Assembly: GCA_963699275.1 (NCBI GenBank)
Contig: OY969428.1
Coordinates: 629,110 to 693,109 of the forward strand
Length of the DNA stretch: 64,000 nucleotides
Direction: 5' to 3'
DNA from: an uncultured bacterium
Lineage (GTDB): Bacteria; Babelota; Babeliae; Babelales; Babelaceae
Shown: positions 8,974-18,765 of the stretch, in pieces
Numbering within the stretch: the first letter of the stretch is position 1
How the letters are laid out: every line of letters begins with the position of its first letter
Translations under genes and position numbers: made by a program
The notes under the pieces: generated by a model
What the model saw: only the letters and a program-made list of their open reading frames with translations
Databases searched by the model: none
What the model was told of the DNA's origin: nothing

Positions 8974-9290
8974 GATTTCACCACTGATAATGCAGTCCCA
9001 ATCTTGTTTTTCAGATAATCATGCAAAATTTCCCGTTGGATGGTAAAATTTAACTAGAAAATTATTTGACGACTGATAAGCCGTACAAATGGGGTTTTTC
9101 ACACGTCTTGCAAAATTTCACCACTGGATGGTAAAATGTATCTTCGAATGTGAGAAATTCTTTCCCCTCGGATAATATCAGCCCAATGAAGTTTTTCAGG
9201 TTCTCTTACAGAATTTCCCGTTAAGTGGTAAAATTTCACCTATCAATGTTAGAAAAGTTTTCATCTCTGATACATATTTGTCTCATCTTA
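8974..9290 (+). repeat. three imperfect tandem repeats (period about 90-98 bp) in a 568-bp non-coding gap
   Basis: Recurrent blocks CTGATAA(t/g)..(c)CAAT..GTTTTTCA(g/c) at 8983-9014, 9073-9102 and 9170-9199. Recurrent blocks (g)CA(a/g)AATTTC(a/c)CC..T(g/a)(g/a)..GGTAAAAT at 9023-9049, 9110-9137 and 9208-9234. Confidence 0.8.
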
Positions 9291-9376
9291 AAAACTAGCA
9301 GAATTTACATGATCCGCTTGCATAAACCGCTCTCTTGCCTGTAAACTAAATAAGCAGAGAGGATTCAAGGTGCGGT

Positions 9377-10042
9377 ATGTATAAAAATAATCTCCATATA
9401 CTATCTGATGACGTCTCACCTGAAACGACGGTGATTGTGTTTGATTTGCATAACGTAGTGTTCAAAAAACAGACTCGCAAAATAGTTGCTTCCTGTTTGA
9501 AGCTTATGCGCAAAGGCACCTGGCGCTATATGTTCCATCCTGTCGTGTGGTACCGTGCATATAGAATTCGTACAAAATCGAACGTAGCAGAAGACATTTT
9601 CCACAAAATGACCTCGTACTATCCCGGCCTTGCACCATTTAGGGGTGAATTTATTAGGCTGACGAATATTCAAAAACCGATCCGTAGGACTGTCGAACTC
9701 ATTAAGGAGCTAAAAGGACGAGGTTACAAGCTTTACGTCTTATCAAATATTGGCCGAGATACGTACACTGAACTCTGCCACAATTATCCAGATATTGCCG
9801 CTTACTTTGATGGTGCATTTACAGCATGTGCCGAAAAAAATTATCTCCATAAACCTCACAAGGGATTTTATGAGGGGTTTAAGGAGTTTCTTAAAAGCGA
9901 AGGTCACGGCGACAAGCAAATTCTCTTTATTGATGATTTAAAAAAGAATCTCATTGCGGCTGCGCATTGCAATATTGCAGGTGTCCATTACACCTCTTCT
10001 CGACGTTTAGCTTCGACCCTAAAAAATCTTGACGTTTTGTAA
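9377..10042 (+). CDS. HAD-superfamily-like hydrolase (tentative)
   Basis: VIVFDLHNVVF (motif I-like, second Asp replaced), VLSNIG (motif II) and ILFIDDLKKN (motif IV). Confidence 0.45.
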   Translation: MYKNNLHILSDDVSPETTVIVFDLHNVVFKKQTRKIVASCLKLMRKGTWRYMFHPVVWYRAYRIRTKSNVAEDIFHKMTSYYPGLAPFRGEFIRLTNIQKPIRRTVELIKELKGRGYKLYVLSNIGRDTYTELCHNYPDIAAYFDGAFTACAEKNYLHKPHKGFYEGFKEFLKSEGHGDKQILFIDDLKKNLIAAAHCNIAGVHYTSSRRLASTLKNLDVL

Positions 10043-10205
10043 TAATAAGCAAATTTTTCCTTTGGTGACGCATAAAAAAAATGCGCAAAATACTTTTTGA
10101 TTTTTGTTTTTTCTTGAGGTAGACTTAGGAAGTCGGTAAGTCTTGATAACCTCCATTTCCCCTGTCCGTGACACCTCTGTCTGGATAGGGGTATTGTTTA
10201 TAACA

Positions 10206-11216
10206 ATGCCTATAAAGAACCACCATTACCGTGAACCACATCGGCATAAAGGCCGCTATTTTAATCATAGTGATGAAAAATATCACTCATTCTTAGTTCC
10301 CTCACTTACAATGTTGGTTGAATGCTATTGGAATAGTTTCAAAAAGAAAGAAGAAAATATTGATGCATGGTTTAATCCGACGAAGCCAATTATGCGCAGT
10401 GAAGAGCTCGCATTTACCTGGATAGGTCATTCGACCTTTCTTATTCAAGCTGGTCAGCTCAATATCTTAACTGATCCTATATTTTCGCATTTGCCTCTTT
10501 TTAACCGTCAGACGAAACCTGGCCTTGAAATGGCTGAGGTTCCGGAGATCGATTATGTAATTATTTCACATAATCATCGAGATCATATGGATGAAAATGC
10601 GCTCACTTTTTTTAAAAATCATAAGCAGACCCATTTTCTTGTGCCACAGGGTAACAAAAGGTGGTTTGAAAAAAGAGGATTTGAACGCGTAAGCGAATAT
10701 AGCTGGTGGGACCGTGCTTCATTTAAAGGAGTGACATTTACTTTTTTGCCGGCGCACCACTGGGCACAGCGGAGTCTTTTTGATTTTAATGCGTCATTGT
10801 GGGGCAGCTGGATGATCTCTTTTAATAACAAGAATTTGTATTTTGCCGGAGATACAGCATATGCTCCTCATTTTTCACTAATACAGGAAGCATTTCCCAC
10901 TATTCATTATGCATTTCTGCCTATCGGACCGTGTGAGCCGCGTAGATGGATGAGCTATACTCATGTGAGTGCAGAAGAGGCTGGGCAGGCATTTTTAGAT
11001 CTTAATGCTCACTGTTTTGTGCCTATGCATTGGGGTACCTACAGCTTTGGTACAGATACACATGCAGGACCCTATGATCGACTTGTTGCCTGGTGGCAGC
11101 AGCAGAGTCTTACTCAAAAACTGATTACGCTGAAAATCGGCGAGCGGCATAGTGAGCAACCTCAGATCATAGCTCACCTTGAATCGGGAATCCAGATCGA
11201 ACAGGTCCTCAGATAG
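10206..11216 (+). CDS. metallo-beta-lactamase-fold hydrolase, NAPE-PLD/COG2220-like
   Basis: TWIGHSTFLIQAGQLNILTDP, the HxHxDH motif ISHNHRDHMD, and later HW...PMHWGT. The start is taken at MPIKNHH, but the ORF is open from 10143. Confidence 0.7.
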   Translation: MPIKNHHYREPHRHKGRYFNHSDEKYHSFLVPSLTMLVECYWNSFKKKEENIDAWFNPTKPIMRSEELAFTWIGHSTFLIQAGQLNILTDPIFSHLPLFNRQTKPGLEMAEVPEIDYVIISHNHRDHMDENALTFFKNHKQTHFLVPQGNKRWFEKRGFERVSEYSWWDRASFKGVTFTFLPAHHWAQRSLFDFNASLWGSWMISFNNKNLYFAGDTAYAPHFSLIQEAFPTIHYAFLPIGPCEPRRWMSYTHVSAEEAGQAFLDLNAHCFVPMHWGTYSFGTDTHAGPYDRLVAWWQQQSLTQKLITLKIGERHSEQPQIIAHLESGIQIEQVLR

Positions 11217-11286
11217 CTCTTCTCTAGCAAACTCATTTCCTTCTATAGTAGTGTAATGGTGGAGATCATTTTTTATTAGGAGAGAG

Positions 11287-12048
11287 ATGAATCGAGATTT
11301 CTTACTGATTGTATTGCAGGTTATTTACCTCGCATGCATGGTCTGTATTGTCCAGGTAAAGCGAGATACGAGTATCGCTAACTTTACCTGGGGTGGTGGC
11401 GTTATGCTCACCGCTCTTTACACATTACTCACCGGAGGAACGTTTTTTGCTCGCCAGATTCTTCTCACGGTCATGACACTTATCTGGGGAAGCCGTTTAG
11501 CGTTCTATGTATATTTACGCTATAGAGGAAATGATCCTCGTTTTGAGAAGTGGAAACATGAGGGAGGAGCGAAAGCGCTTATTATCAATCTTGGCTATAT
11601 TTTTGGATTACAAGCAGTCCTGTTGGCTATCATGTCAGTACCGGTATTTATAGTAAATAGGTACAGCGATCCCGGCCTCGCTGTATTTGATTTTATCGGT
11701 CTTGCTCTCTGGTTGGTAGGATTTTATTGGGAATCAGTTAGTGATTATCAGTTATATACCTTTATGAAAGATCCGTCTCATAAAGGCAAGATCATGAAAT
11801 ACGGTCTCTGGCATTATTCGAGACATCCTAATTATTTTGGGGAGGTAACGATGTGGTGGGGAGTTTTCCTGATAGCACTTTCAGTGCCACATGGGCTGTT
11901 AGCGGTTATTGCACCCATCACAATTACATTTTTATTGTGTTTTGTAACTGGAGTTCCATGGGTTGAAAAAGTATTTGAATCGAATCCTGAGTATCAGGAA
12001 TATAAAAGAAAAACGAGCGTGTTTATCCCGTGGTTTCCCAAACAGTGA
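11287..12048 (+). CDS. DUF1295 / steroid-5-alpha-reductase-like membrane protein
   Basis: Polytopic, with the characteristic GLWHYSRHPNYFGEVTMWWGVF block. Confidence 0.7.
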   Translation: MNRDFLLIVLQVIYLACMVCIVQVKRDTSIANFTWGGGVMLTALYTLLTGGTFFARQILLTVMTLIWGSRLAFYVYLRYRGNDPRFEKWKHEGGAKALIINLGYIFGLQAVLLAIMSVPVFIVNRYSDPGLAVFDFIGLALWLVGFYWESVSDYQLYTFMKDPSHKGKIMKYGLWHYSRHPNYFGEVTMWWGVFLIALSVPHGLLAVIAPITITFLLCFVTGVPWVEKVFESNPEYQEYKRKTSVFIPWFPKQ

Positions 12049-12049
12049 A

Positions 12050-12985
12050 TTAATCGTAAAACCCTTTGGTAAGATAAGCTCGTCCTGAGTCACCAAAGAC
12101 CATGACACCGATATCTTCAGGCTTCATTGTTTTTGCATAGTCATTAACGGCCGCCGCTACAGCTCCACTGCTCAACCCAACAAGAAAGCCGTGTTTACTT
12201 GCAAGCGGTTTTAAAATACCTAAAGCATCTTCGTCAGAAACACAGAGATAATCATCGATAACAGCAGTATTGAGAACAGGCGTTACAAAATCGATGCCAA
12301 CTCCTTCGAGCTTATAGGGCAGAGGATTGCCCTTAGTGGCCCTAAATGAGTTAATGGAATCGACTGCCAGCACTTTAATAGCGGGATTTTTCTCCTTAAG
12401 GAATTTACCGACACCGCTTATTGTTCCACACGTTCCAGCTGCTGCAAAAAAGTGAGTAAGCTTTCCATTGGTTTGCTTCCAAATCTCAGGTCCGAGCATA
12501 CTGTAGTGCGCATCCGCATTGGACGTATTAAAATATTGATTCAAAAAAAGTGAATTGGGAATCTTTTTAGCAAGTGCTGCTGCTTGGCTATGATAGCTTA
12601 AGGGATCTTCAATAAAGCGTGTTGCAGGACATTTAACGACTTCAGCTCCATACGCTTGTATCGTCTGATACTTTTCTTGGCTTATCTTTTCAAAGACACA
12701 GATAATCACCTTATATCCTTTGCTCGCCCCAATCATTGCCATTGATATGCCGTTATTGCCTGATGATGCGTCTATAAGCGTACCACCCGGTTTTATGAGC
12801 CCTTTTCTTTCTGCTTGCTCAATAAGATAGAGAGCGGAGCGATCTTTGAGGCTACCGCTTGGATTGAGGTATTCAAGTTTTGCGTAGAGTTGTGCAGGTG
12901 AATCAAAATTGATTTTTACGAGCGGCGTGTTACCGATCGCGCTAATGAGATTATTGTGAAGCATAGTGAGCTTTCTTAAGAACAT
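12050..12985 (-). CDS. cysK: PLP-dependent cysteine synthase / CBS-family enzyme
   Basis: IGNTPLVKI, KLEYLNPSGSLKDR (PLP Lys), SSGNNG, GTCGTISG and GLSSGA. Confidence 0.85.
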   Translation of the reverse strand: MFLRKLTMLHNNLISAIGNTPLVKINFDSPAQLYAKLEYLNPSGSLKDRSALYLIEQAERKGLIKPGGTLIDASSGNNGISMAMIGASKGYKVIICVFEKISQEKYQTIQAYGAEVVKCPATRFIEDPLSYHSQAAALAKKIPNSLFLNQYFNTSNADAHYSMLGPEIWKQTNGKLTHFFAAAGTCGTISGVGKFLKEKNPAIKVLAVDSINSFRATKGNPLPYKLEGVGIDFVTPVLNTAVIDDYLCVSDEDALGILKPLASKHGFLVGLSSGAVAAAVNDYAKTMKPEDIGVMVFGDSGRAYLTKGFYD

Positions 12986-13027
12986 ATGAAATTATGCCTT
13001 AAGTATAACGCAAAGAAAGGGCTTAAT

Positions 13028-13059
13028 CAAAAGCAAAAAAGGGTGCATTTGCACCCTTA
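13028..13059 (-). terminator. rho-independent terminator after csaA
   Basis: The minus strand reads aagggtgca-aa-tgcaccctt followed by ttttttgctttt. The stem overlaps the csaA stop codon. Confidence 0.6.
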
Positions 13060-13392
13060 AAAAAGCCGGGCTCCGTTAGCAACTTCCTTTTCAGGTCTTA
13101 CCAGCACTATATCACCTTTAGTATCAGCGACTCCCAATGTAAGCACTTCTGAGATAAAAGGGCCAATCTGCTTGGGAGCAAAATTAACCACCGCTAATAC
13201 CTGGCTGCCGATAAGGTGCTCTTTTGTGTAATGATGGGTAATTTGAGCCGATGACTTTTTGATTCCTATGTCCGGTCCAAAGTCTATCGTGAGCTTATAT
13301 GCAGGCTTTCTCGCCTCCGGAAAATCTTCAACGGCAGTGATAGTACCGACTTTGATAATAACTTTTTCAAAGTCTTGGTATGAGATATTCAT
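13057..13392 (-). CDS. csaA: tRNA-binding domain protein (CsaA/YgjH type)
   Basis: FEKVIIKVGTITAVEDFPEARKPAYKLTIDFG...SSAQIT...LIGSQVLAVVNFAPKQIGPFISEVL is the characteristic CsaA OB-fold pattern. Confidence 0.8.
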   Translation of the reverse strand: MNISYQDFEKVIIKVGTITAVEDFPEARKPAYKLTIDFGPDIGIKKSSAQITHHYTKEHLIGSQVLAVVNFAPKQIGPFISEVLTLGVADTKGDIVLVRPEKEVANGARLF

Positions 13393-14801
13393 GCTTTTAC
13401 CTTTCGTGTACAGCGAGAAACAGTCAGCAGCACAATCATCGAAAGTGCAAATCCTGGAAGAAGAGGCATAAAGCCAAATTTAAAATAAGGCCAGAGAAGG
13501 CCGAGTATCCCACCAAAGAACATGCTTGCTCTGATTCCATAGCGATTTGCCCACGGAATATAGAGTGCAGCAATGACGGATGGGGCGAATGAAAGGCCGA
13601 GCCCTGACCAGGCGTAACTTACTAAGCTATTAACGCTGCTCGTGTTATTGTAGCTAATTGCATACGCTAATAGAGGAAGGGCAATAATACAGCCTCGCAA
13701 GAGAGTAAGCGAATCTTTATCGCTCATTCCCTTTTTGTGAAGTCTTTTAATAAAATCTTCAGCAATGATGGAAGATGTAGCAAATATCTGTGCAGTCATA
13801 ACCGACATTGTTGCTGCAAGCACAGCACATAAAATAAAGCCTGCAAAGAGAGCAGGAAAGAGCTGTTTTACCATCTCGATAAAGACAAGCTCTCTATTTG
13901 CAAGAGGCGTTGCAAAAAAATAGCTCCCTACAAGGCCGACACAGGTAGCTGCGGCAAGGACTATTGTCTGCCATGATATACCGACCCATTTTGCTTTGTG
14001 CATTTGTTTGACATCTTTGATCGACATAAAGTTCATAAGAATATGTGGTGACCCAAAATAGCCTAAGCCCCAGCCTGTAGAAAGGAGGAGAATGCTGCTT
14101 ATTGTTGGCCACGAAAAATCAGGAAAGAGTCCCTTAGTTAAGCCTGAAAAACTCATCTGCGCAAGAAGGCCAGACGTATCTGTGATATGATTAAATGCTA
14201 CAATCGGTACCATAAGGATCATAGCAAGAAGAAAGATTCCTCTAAACATGTCACTCCATGCAAGTGCCACGAATCCTCCAATGAGAATATTAAGAACGAC
14301 CAGTAAAATGCTCAGAGCAATACCGAGATTATAATTGATGCCAAACGTTGTCTGGAATAATCTCCCTAATCCAATGAGTTCAGCTGCTATATAAAACACA
14401 ATGAAAAAGAACGTGAAAAAAACTGCCAGTAATCGAATCATACCTGAAGTATCATCAAATCTCTTTTCCAAGAAAGAGGCAAGCGTGAGACTTTGGTACT
14501 GCTCTGTACTTGTGCGTAAGCGTGGAGCAATGAACTGCCAGTTAAGGAACATGAAGATAATGAGGCCGAGAGCGACCCACACATTAAAAATTCCAAACCC
14601 GTAAATGAGGCCAGGATATCCCATAAATAGCCAGTCGCTCATATCGCTTGCTTGGGTAGAAAGGGCGGTTACCCAGTAATTCATTGAACGGTTACCAAGG
14701 ATAAATGAGCTTGTAGAGGTATTCTTTCGATAAAAGTAGAGACTGAGTCCCAGAAAAAATGCAAAGTAAGCGATAAACGCAATAAGATAGTACATGTTCA
14801 T
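13389..14801 (-). CDS. sodium:solute symporter family (SSF) transporter, PutP/PanF-like
   Basis: 470 aa with about 12-13 TM segments and typical SSF topology and composition. Its stop overlaps the csaA start (ATGA). The substrate cannot be assigned. Confidence 0.7.
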   Translation of the reverse strand: MNMYYLIAFIAYFAFFLGLSLYFYRKNTSTSSFILGNRSMNYWVTALSTQASDMSDWLFMGYPGLIYGFGIFNVWVALGLIIFMFLNWQFIAPRLRTSTEQYQSLTLASFLEKRFDDTSGMIRLLAVFFTFFFIVFYIAAELIGLGRLFQTTFGINYNLGIALSILLVVLNILIGGFVALAWSDMFRGIFLLAMILMVPIVAFNHITDTSGLLAQMSFSGLTKGLFPDFSWPTISSILLLSTGWGLGYFGSPHILMNFMSIKDVKQMHKAKWVGISWQTIVLAAATCVGLVGSYFFATPLANRELVFIEMVKQLFPALFAGFILCAVLAATMSVMTAQIFATSSIIAEDFIKRLHKKGMSDKDSLTLLRGCIIALPLLAYAISYNNTSSVNSLVSYAWSGLGLSFAPSVIAALYIPWANRYGIRASMFFGGILGLLWPYFKFGFMPLLPGFALSMIVLLTVSRCTRKVKA

Positions 14802-15179
14802 GATAAAAATCCTTTTTTAGTACGAGTGCTTACGCACGCGTAAAGCTAGGATACATATTTATTCACTAAGGCGTAAAGATGAGAAGGGACAAAAAAGATA
14901 CCCGTTAGGGAAGTGGCAAGGTAAAAAGGCGATGAGAAAAAATAAAAAGATACATATAACTGTCCATTTCAAAAAACTTTATCTACTTATTAGTATATCA
15001 CAGGGATACATAAAAAGCGAGAGTGCCCTCATTAAGAAGACTGTTATCTTACTAAGCAGAGAATTCGATTAAACAAGTACACTCGTCGTCAATGGTAAAT
15101 TATTCCGGATTCTTTTTAAAGGACCAGAATCGGTTGGGATTTTCTAAGGTGATGTGAGGATAAATAGTGAACAAAGCGC

Positions 15180-15208
15180 TTGCATGGCTTGTTAAGATCA
15201 CCTATAAT
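15180..15208 (+). promoter_or_regulatory. sigma70-like promoter
   Basis: TTGCAT (15180-15185), a 17-nt spacer, then TATAAT (15203-15208), directly upstream of the 15217/15244 start. Confidence 0.45.
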
Positions 15209-15216
15209 ACTAACGA

Positions 15217-16923
15217 ATGCAACAAACTCATCGAAAGCATGCAATGAAAAAATTGGTTCCCATAGGCATTTCAGATTTTAAAGAGCTCAAAAGCGGTAAC
15301 TACTATTATGTAGACAAAACGATGCTTATTAAAGATATTTTTGAAAGCGGAAAAGCAGTTTTGGTTACTCGTCCTCGTCGCTTTGGTAAAACGTTAAACC
15401 TTTCTATGCTGCATTATTATTTTACATTAGAGAGTAATAATTCGGACCTTTTTGTTGATACTCAGATCTGGGCACATGAATCTTACAAAAATTTGCAGGG
15501 ACAATTTCCTGTAATTTTTATCACCTTTAGAGATATTACTCAGACAAATTACAATGACATGTTAAAAAAAATTGCATATACAGTTTCGATTGAATTTGAG
15601 AGATTTTTTTATATTCTTGAAGGTGAAACTCTTAAAACTCATGAAAAAGAAATGTTCAATCGCATAAATTCAAGGCATGCGGATTTAGTAGATTTGGCAA
15701 GCAGTCTAGAATTCTTAGTAAGAATGCTTCATAAGTTTCACAAAAAAAAGGTTATTGTGCTTTTGGATGAATATGATGTTCCTTTGCAGACCGCGTACCT
15801 CCATGGATTTTATGACGAACTTATTCCCGTGATGAGGGACCTTTTGACGGGTATTTTCAAAGATCAAGTAATGCTTGAAAAAGGCGTCATTACGGGGAAT
15901 TTGACACTCGCAAAAGCGGGGATTTTTTCGGGCCTTAATAATCTTGATGTGTATAATGTAACACATACTCGCATGGCAGATAAATTTGGTTTTACAACTG
16001 AGGAGGCATACGGCTTACTTGATTATTACGAGTGTAAAAATATCATTGAGGAAATCAAAAACTGGTATGATGGTTATACTTTTGGAGAAGTGAAAGGCAT
16101 ATTTAATCCGTGGTCAATGCTTAAATGCATATCAGAAAACGGTGTTCGTTACACCTATTGGGTAAATACGAGTCATAATTCTCTCCTTAAAAAACTTATT
16201 GGCTCAGCTGATGAAGGAACAAAAAGCGATCTTGTGAACCTTCTTAATGGTCAATCAGTGCAACATACTATTCGTGAATCAATTATCTTTAAAGATCTTG
16301 ATACTCAATTCGATCTTATTTGGAGCTTATTATTGTTTACTGGATACTTAACCTACACATCTTGTCACGTAAGGGACGGGAAAAAAGAATGCACACTCAT
16401 CATTCCTAATAATGAAATAAAATATTTATACGAAGAGCTCATAAGAGACATTTTTACACAGATTTTGCCAGGCAAAGGACAAGAACTCCTCTCTGCTATC
16501 ATTCGTGGCGACACAGCAACTTTTACGACACTTCTTCAAGATTTTGTTTTAAAAAGCATGAGTACTTTTGATGTGCCGAGTTCTGATCCTGAAAGAAGCT
16601 ATCATCTCTTTGTACTCGGTTTACTGGTTATGCTGAGCGAAGACTATGAAGTTTCATCAAATCGAGAAGGAGGATTAGGCAGGTATGATATTGCGCTCAT
16701 TCCGAAAGTTCCAGGGAAAGTGGGAATTGTTATCGAATTTAAAAAAGTGTGGGGTGAGAATGAAAGCTTGGAGGTATCTGCCCAAAAAGCGCTCGATCAA
16801 ATAGTTGAGAAGAAATACGCGATATCCTTATTTTCCAAAAATGTGTCTTCTGTCTTTGCTTACGGAATTGCCTTCAAGGGTAAGACACTCTTTGTGAAAT
16901 CTGCATCTCTTGCTAACAATTAA
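15217..16923 (+). CDS. predicted AAA-ATPase-like N-domain fused to a PD-(D/E)XK nuclease domain (PF09820 + PF08011 architecture)
   Basis: N-terminus IGISDFKELKSGNYYYVDKTMLIKDI...VLVTRPRRFGKTLNLSML. C-terminus SYHLFVLGLL...GRYDIALIPK...GIVIEFKK has the D..E.K nuclease core. An alternative start is at 15244. Confidence 0.75.
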   Translation: MQQTHRKHAMKKLVPIGISDFKELKSGNYYYVDKTMLIKDIFESGKAVLVTRPRRFGKTLNLSMLHYYFTLESNNSDLFVDTQIWAHESYKNLQGQFPVIFITFRDITQTNYNDMLKKIAYTVSIEFERFFYILEGETLKTHEKEMFNRINSRHADLVDLASSLEFLVRMLHKFHKKKVIVLLDEYDVPLQTAYLHGFYDELIPVMRDLLTGIFKDQVMLEKGVITGNLTLAKAGIFSGLNNLDVYNVTHTRMADKFGFTTEEAYGLLDYYECKNIIEEIKNWYDGYTFGEVKGIFNPWSMLKCISENGVRYTYWVNTSHNSLLKKLIGSADEGTKSDLVNLLNGQSVQHTIRESIIFKDLDTQFDLIWSLLLFTGYLTYTSCHVRDGKKECTLIIPNNEIKYLYEELIRDIFTQILPGKGQELLSAIIRGDTATFTTLLQDFVLKSMSTFDVPSSDPERSYHLFVLGLLVMLSEDYEVSSNREGGLGRYDIALIPKVPGKVGIVIEFKKVWGENESLEVSAQKALDQIVEKKYAISLFSKNVSSVFAYGIAFKGKTLFVKSASLANN

Positions 16924-17019
16924 GAATCAATAAACCGTTTATTTGTCGATACCGCTTAATTTTAATATCTCATCTTACTTCACACAGAGATTTTTTGGAA
17001 AAATTGAGCAAAATTACCC

Positions 17020-17979
17020 CTATACCAGTGGCGTGATGACGAGCCAGAGGGCGATGATGAAAGCATACACGGCGCAAGTGTCTATAAGTCCCTGAGCTAA
17101 CATACTTGCTCGAGAGATAAAGTTATATGATTGCGGATTGTAGGCAATTTGAAGTGCACCGGCGGCAGCTGATCTGCCGGAGCTTATGCCAGCGCCAAAC
17201 GTGCCAAAGCCAATAGTTGCCCCAAAGGCCAGATAAGCTAATCCATACAGCCAGTGGTCAGGAACATATGTATATCGCGTGGTTAATAAAAATGAGATGA
17301 TCGATGCAAAAATGACCGGGGTTTCGATAATTGCCTGGCTAATGAATGTAAAAGTGAAGAGTCTGCTAAAGGCAAGACGGTTAAGTCCAATACTTTTGGT
17401 GGTTACCTTTGCTAAAAGGCCGCCTCCGAGCGCCGGCCCTACACAGCCAAAGCCGATGGCCACACCAGCGCCTACAAGGGCAAGTGCCTGGCTCACTGTT
17501 GTTACTGAGGAAAGCTTGTTACGTATGATAAGCGCAATAATAAATCCGAAAATGAGTGGGGTTTGACTGAGCGACTGAGCAAGCAACATAAAGTTACTTA
17601 TTTGTCGCGAAAGAAATGGTTGCCGAGCGATTGCAATAAAGGCCTCATATGGAGGTTGTGAGGCGGCCCAGCCGATGACCAGCCCAGGAATTCCGATCGC
17701 TATGGCCATCCCAATTTCCCCAACTGCTGCTGGCAATGTAGTTGGCTGCTTGAAAAAAAGCAGAAATGAGATGAGGAGGCCAAGGATAGCCGCAGTCTCG
17801 ATAAGAGCGAGCCCAAATATGACCGTACGTGTGATAGCTGGCTGCCCCGCAGGTTGACGATTTATTGCATCGAATGCCTGCTGCGTGGCAATTCCTTGCC
17901 CCAAACTGACACCAAATGCTGCACAGACAGTGCTAAACGCGATACTAATAAAGTGAATGAGCGCTATTGGCGATGTCAT
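17020..17979 (-). CDS. atpE: ATP synthase Fo c subunit, four c-type hairpins fused in one polypeptide (8 predicted TM helices)
   Basis: A continuous 319-aa ORF holds four units of about 80 aa, each Gly/Ala-rich helix, polar loop, second helix. Loops are RQPAGQ, RQPFLS, LNRLAF and YNPQSY. The ion-site position reads LIETAA (E), LSQTPL (Q), IIETPV (E) and LIDTCA (D). The start overlaps the atpB stop (ATGA). Confidence 0.8.
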   Translation of the reverse strand: MTSPIALIHFISIAFSTVCAAFGVSLGQGIATQQAFDAINRQPAGQPAITRTVIFGLALIETAAILGLLISFLLFFKQPTTLPAAVGEIGMAIAIGIPGLVIGWAASQPPYEAFIAIARQPFLSRQISNFMLLAQSLSQTPLIFGFIIALIIRNKLSSVTTVSQALALVGAGVAIGFGCVGPALGGGLLAKVTTKSIGLNRLAFSRLFTFTFISQAIIETPVIFASIISFLLTTRYTYVPDHWLYGLAYLAFGATIGFGTFGAGISSGRSAAAGALQIAYNPQSYNFISRASMLAQGLIDTCAVYAFIIALWLVITPLV

Positions 17980-18749
17980 AGATGCTGCTCCGATTGCTCA
18001 ATAGATGTAGCCATGCTGATATTGGTAAGCGTGAGGATCGAAAACACAAATGCCTGAAGGAAGCCCTCAAAAAGGATAAAGAACCCAGTAAGACCAAGAT
18101 TGATACCAAGCAGAATTCCTAGACTACTTTTCAGAATCGAGTTTGACATAAATGAATGCCAGATCTGGATGATAATTGCCCCTCCAAAAATGTTGCCAAA
18201 AAGACGGAAGGAAAGCGAGATGATGCCTGCGACTTCGCCCAAGACCTTGAGAGGAAGCATAATAATTCCCGCAATAAGGCTGAGTGGGAAGAAAATATTA
18301 AGCGGCATAAAGTAATCTTTTAAGTACGCTCCGAGTCCGTGCACATTAATCACCTCTTTTTGTATATAGAGGAATGCGATTATTCCTAAAGCCAAGGTCG
18401 TATTGAGATCCTTGGTTGGCTCTTCGACGTAAGGAAGGAGAGCAATCCAGTTACATGCAAGAATAAAAATAAAGAGAGGAGCGACAAAGGAATAGTAGCT
18501 ATATACAAAAGTACCTGCTGACTGCTCAACGAGTTGTATAAAGCTTTTGATAATCATTTTTACGATCCACGCTCCGGCAGAATCCTTTCTGCGTAAAAAG
18601 AAGCGGGCAATCACAATTAAGAAAATGAGAGCAGCGAGTGCTATCCAGGTATTTATGATGGTTGATGCAGTAAGTGCGGCGTAAGGACTTGTGATTCCCA
18701 AGGGAGCCAGGGGATACCACATTTGTTCATGTTCAAAGCCGCCTTCCAT
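17976..18749 (-). CDS. atpB: ATP synthase Fo a subunit
   Basis: PTKDLNTTLALGIIAF, ISLSFRLFGNIFGGAII (essential Arg) and FLQAFVFSILTLT. Confidence 0.88.
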   Translation of the reverse strand: MEGGFEHEQMWYPLAPLGITSPYAALTASTIINTWIALAALIFLIVIARFFLRRKDSAGAWIVKMIIKSFIQLVEQSAGTFVYSYYSFVAPLFIFILACNWIALLPYVEEPTKDLNTTLALGIIAFLYIQKEVINVHGLGAYLKDYFMPLNIFFPLSLIAGIIMLPLKVLGEVAGIISLSFRLFGNIFGGAIIIQIWHSFMSNSILKSSLGILLGINLGLTGFFILFEGFLQAFVFSILTLTNISMATSIEQSEQHL

Positions 18750-18765
18750 AGTCTTGCCTTGGTTT

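Noticed and set aside
8974-9290. Possible CRISPR array
   Set aside because: The repeats are long (about 90 bp), imperfect and contiguous. There are no uniform short repeats with unique spacers and no cas genes in the window.
17279-18315. Plus-strand ORFs antisense to atpE/atpB (17279..17566, 17675..17857, 17854..18057, 18100..18315)
   Set aside because: They fall within well-supported minus-strand membrane-protein genes.
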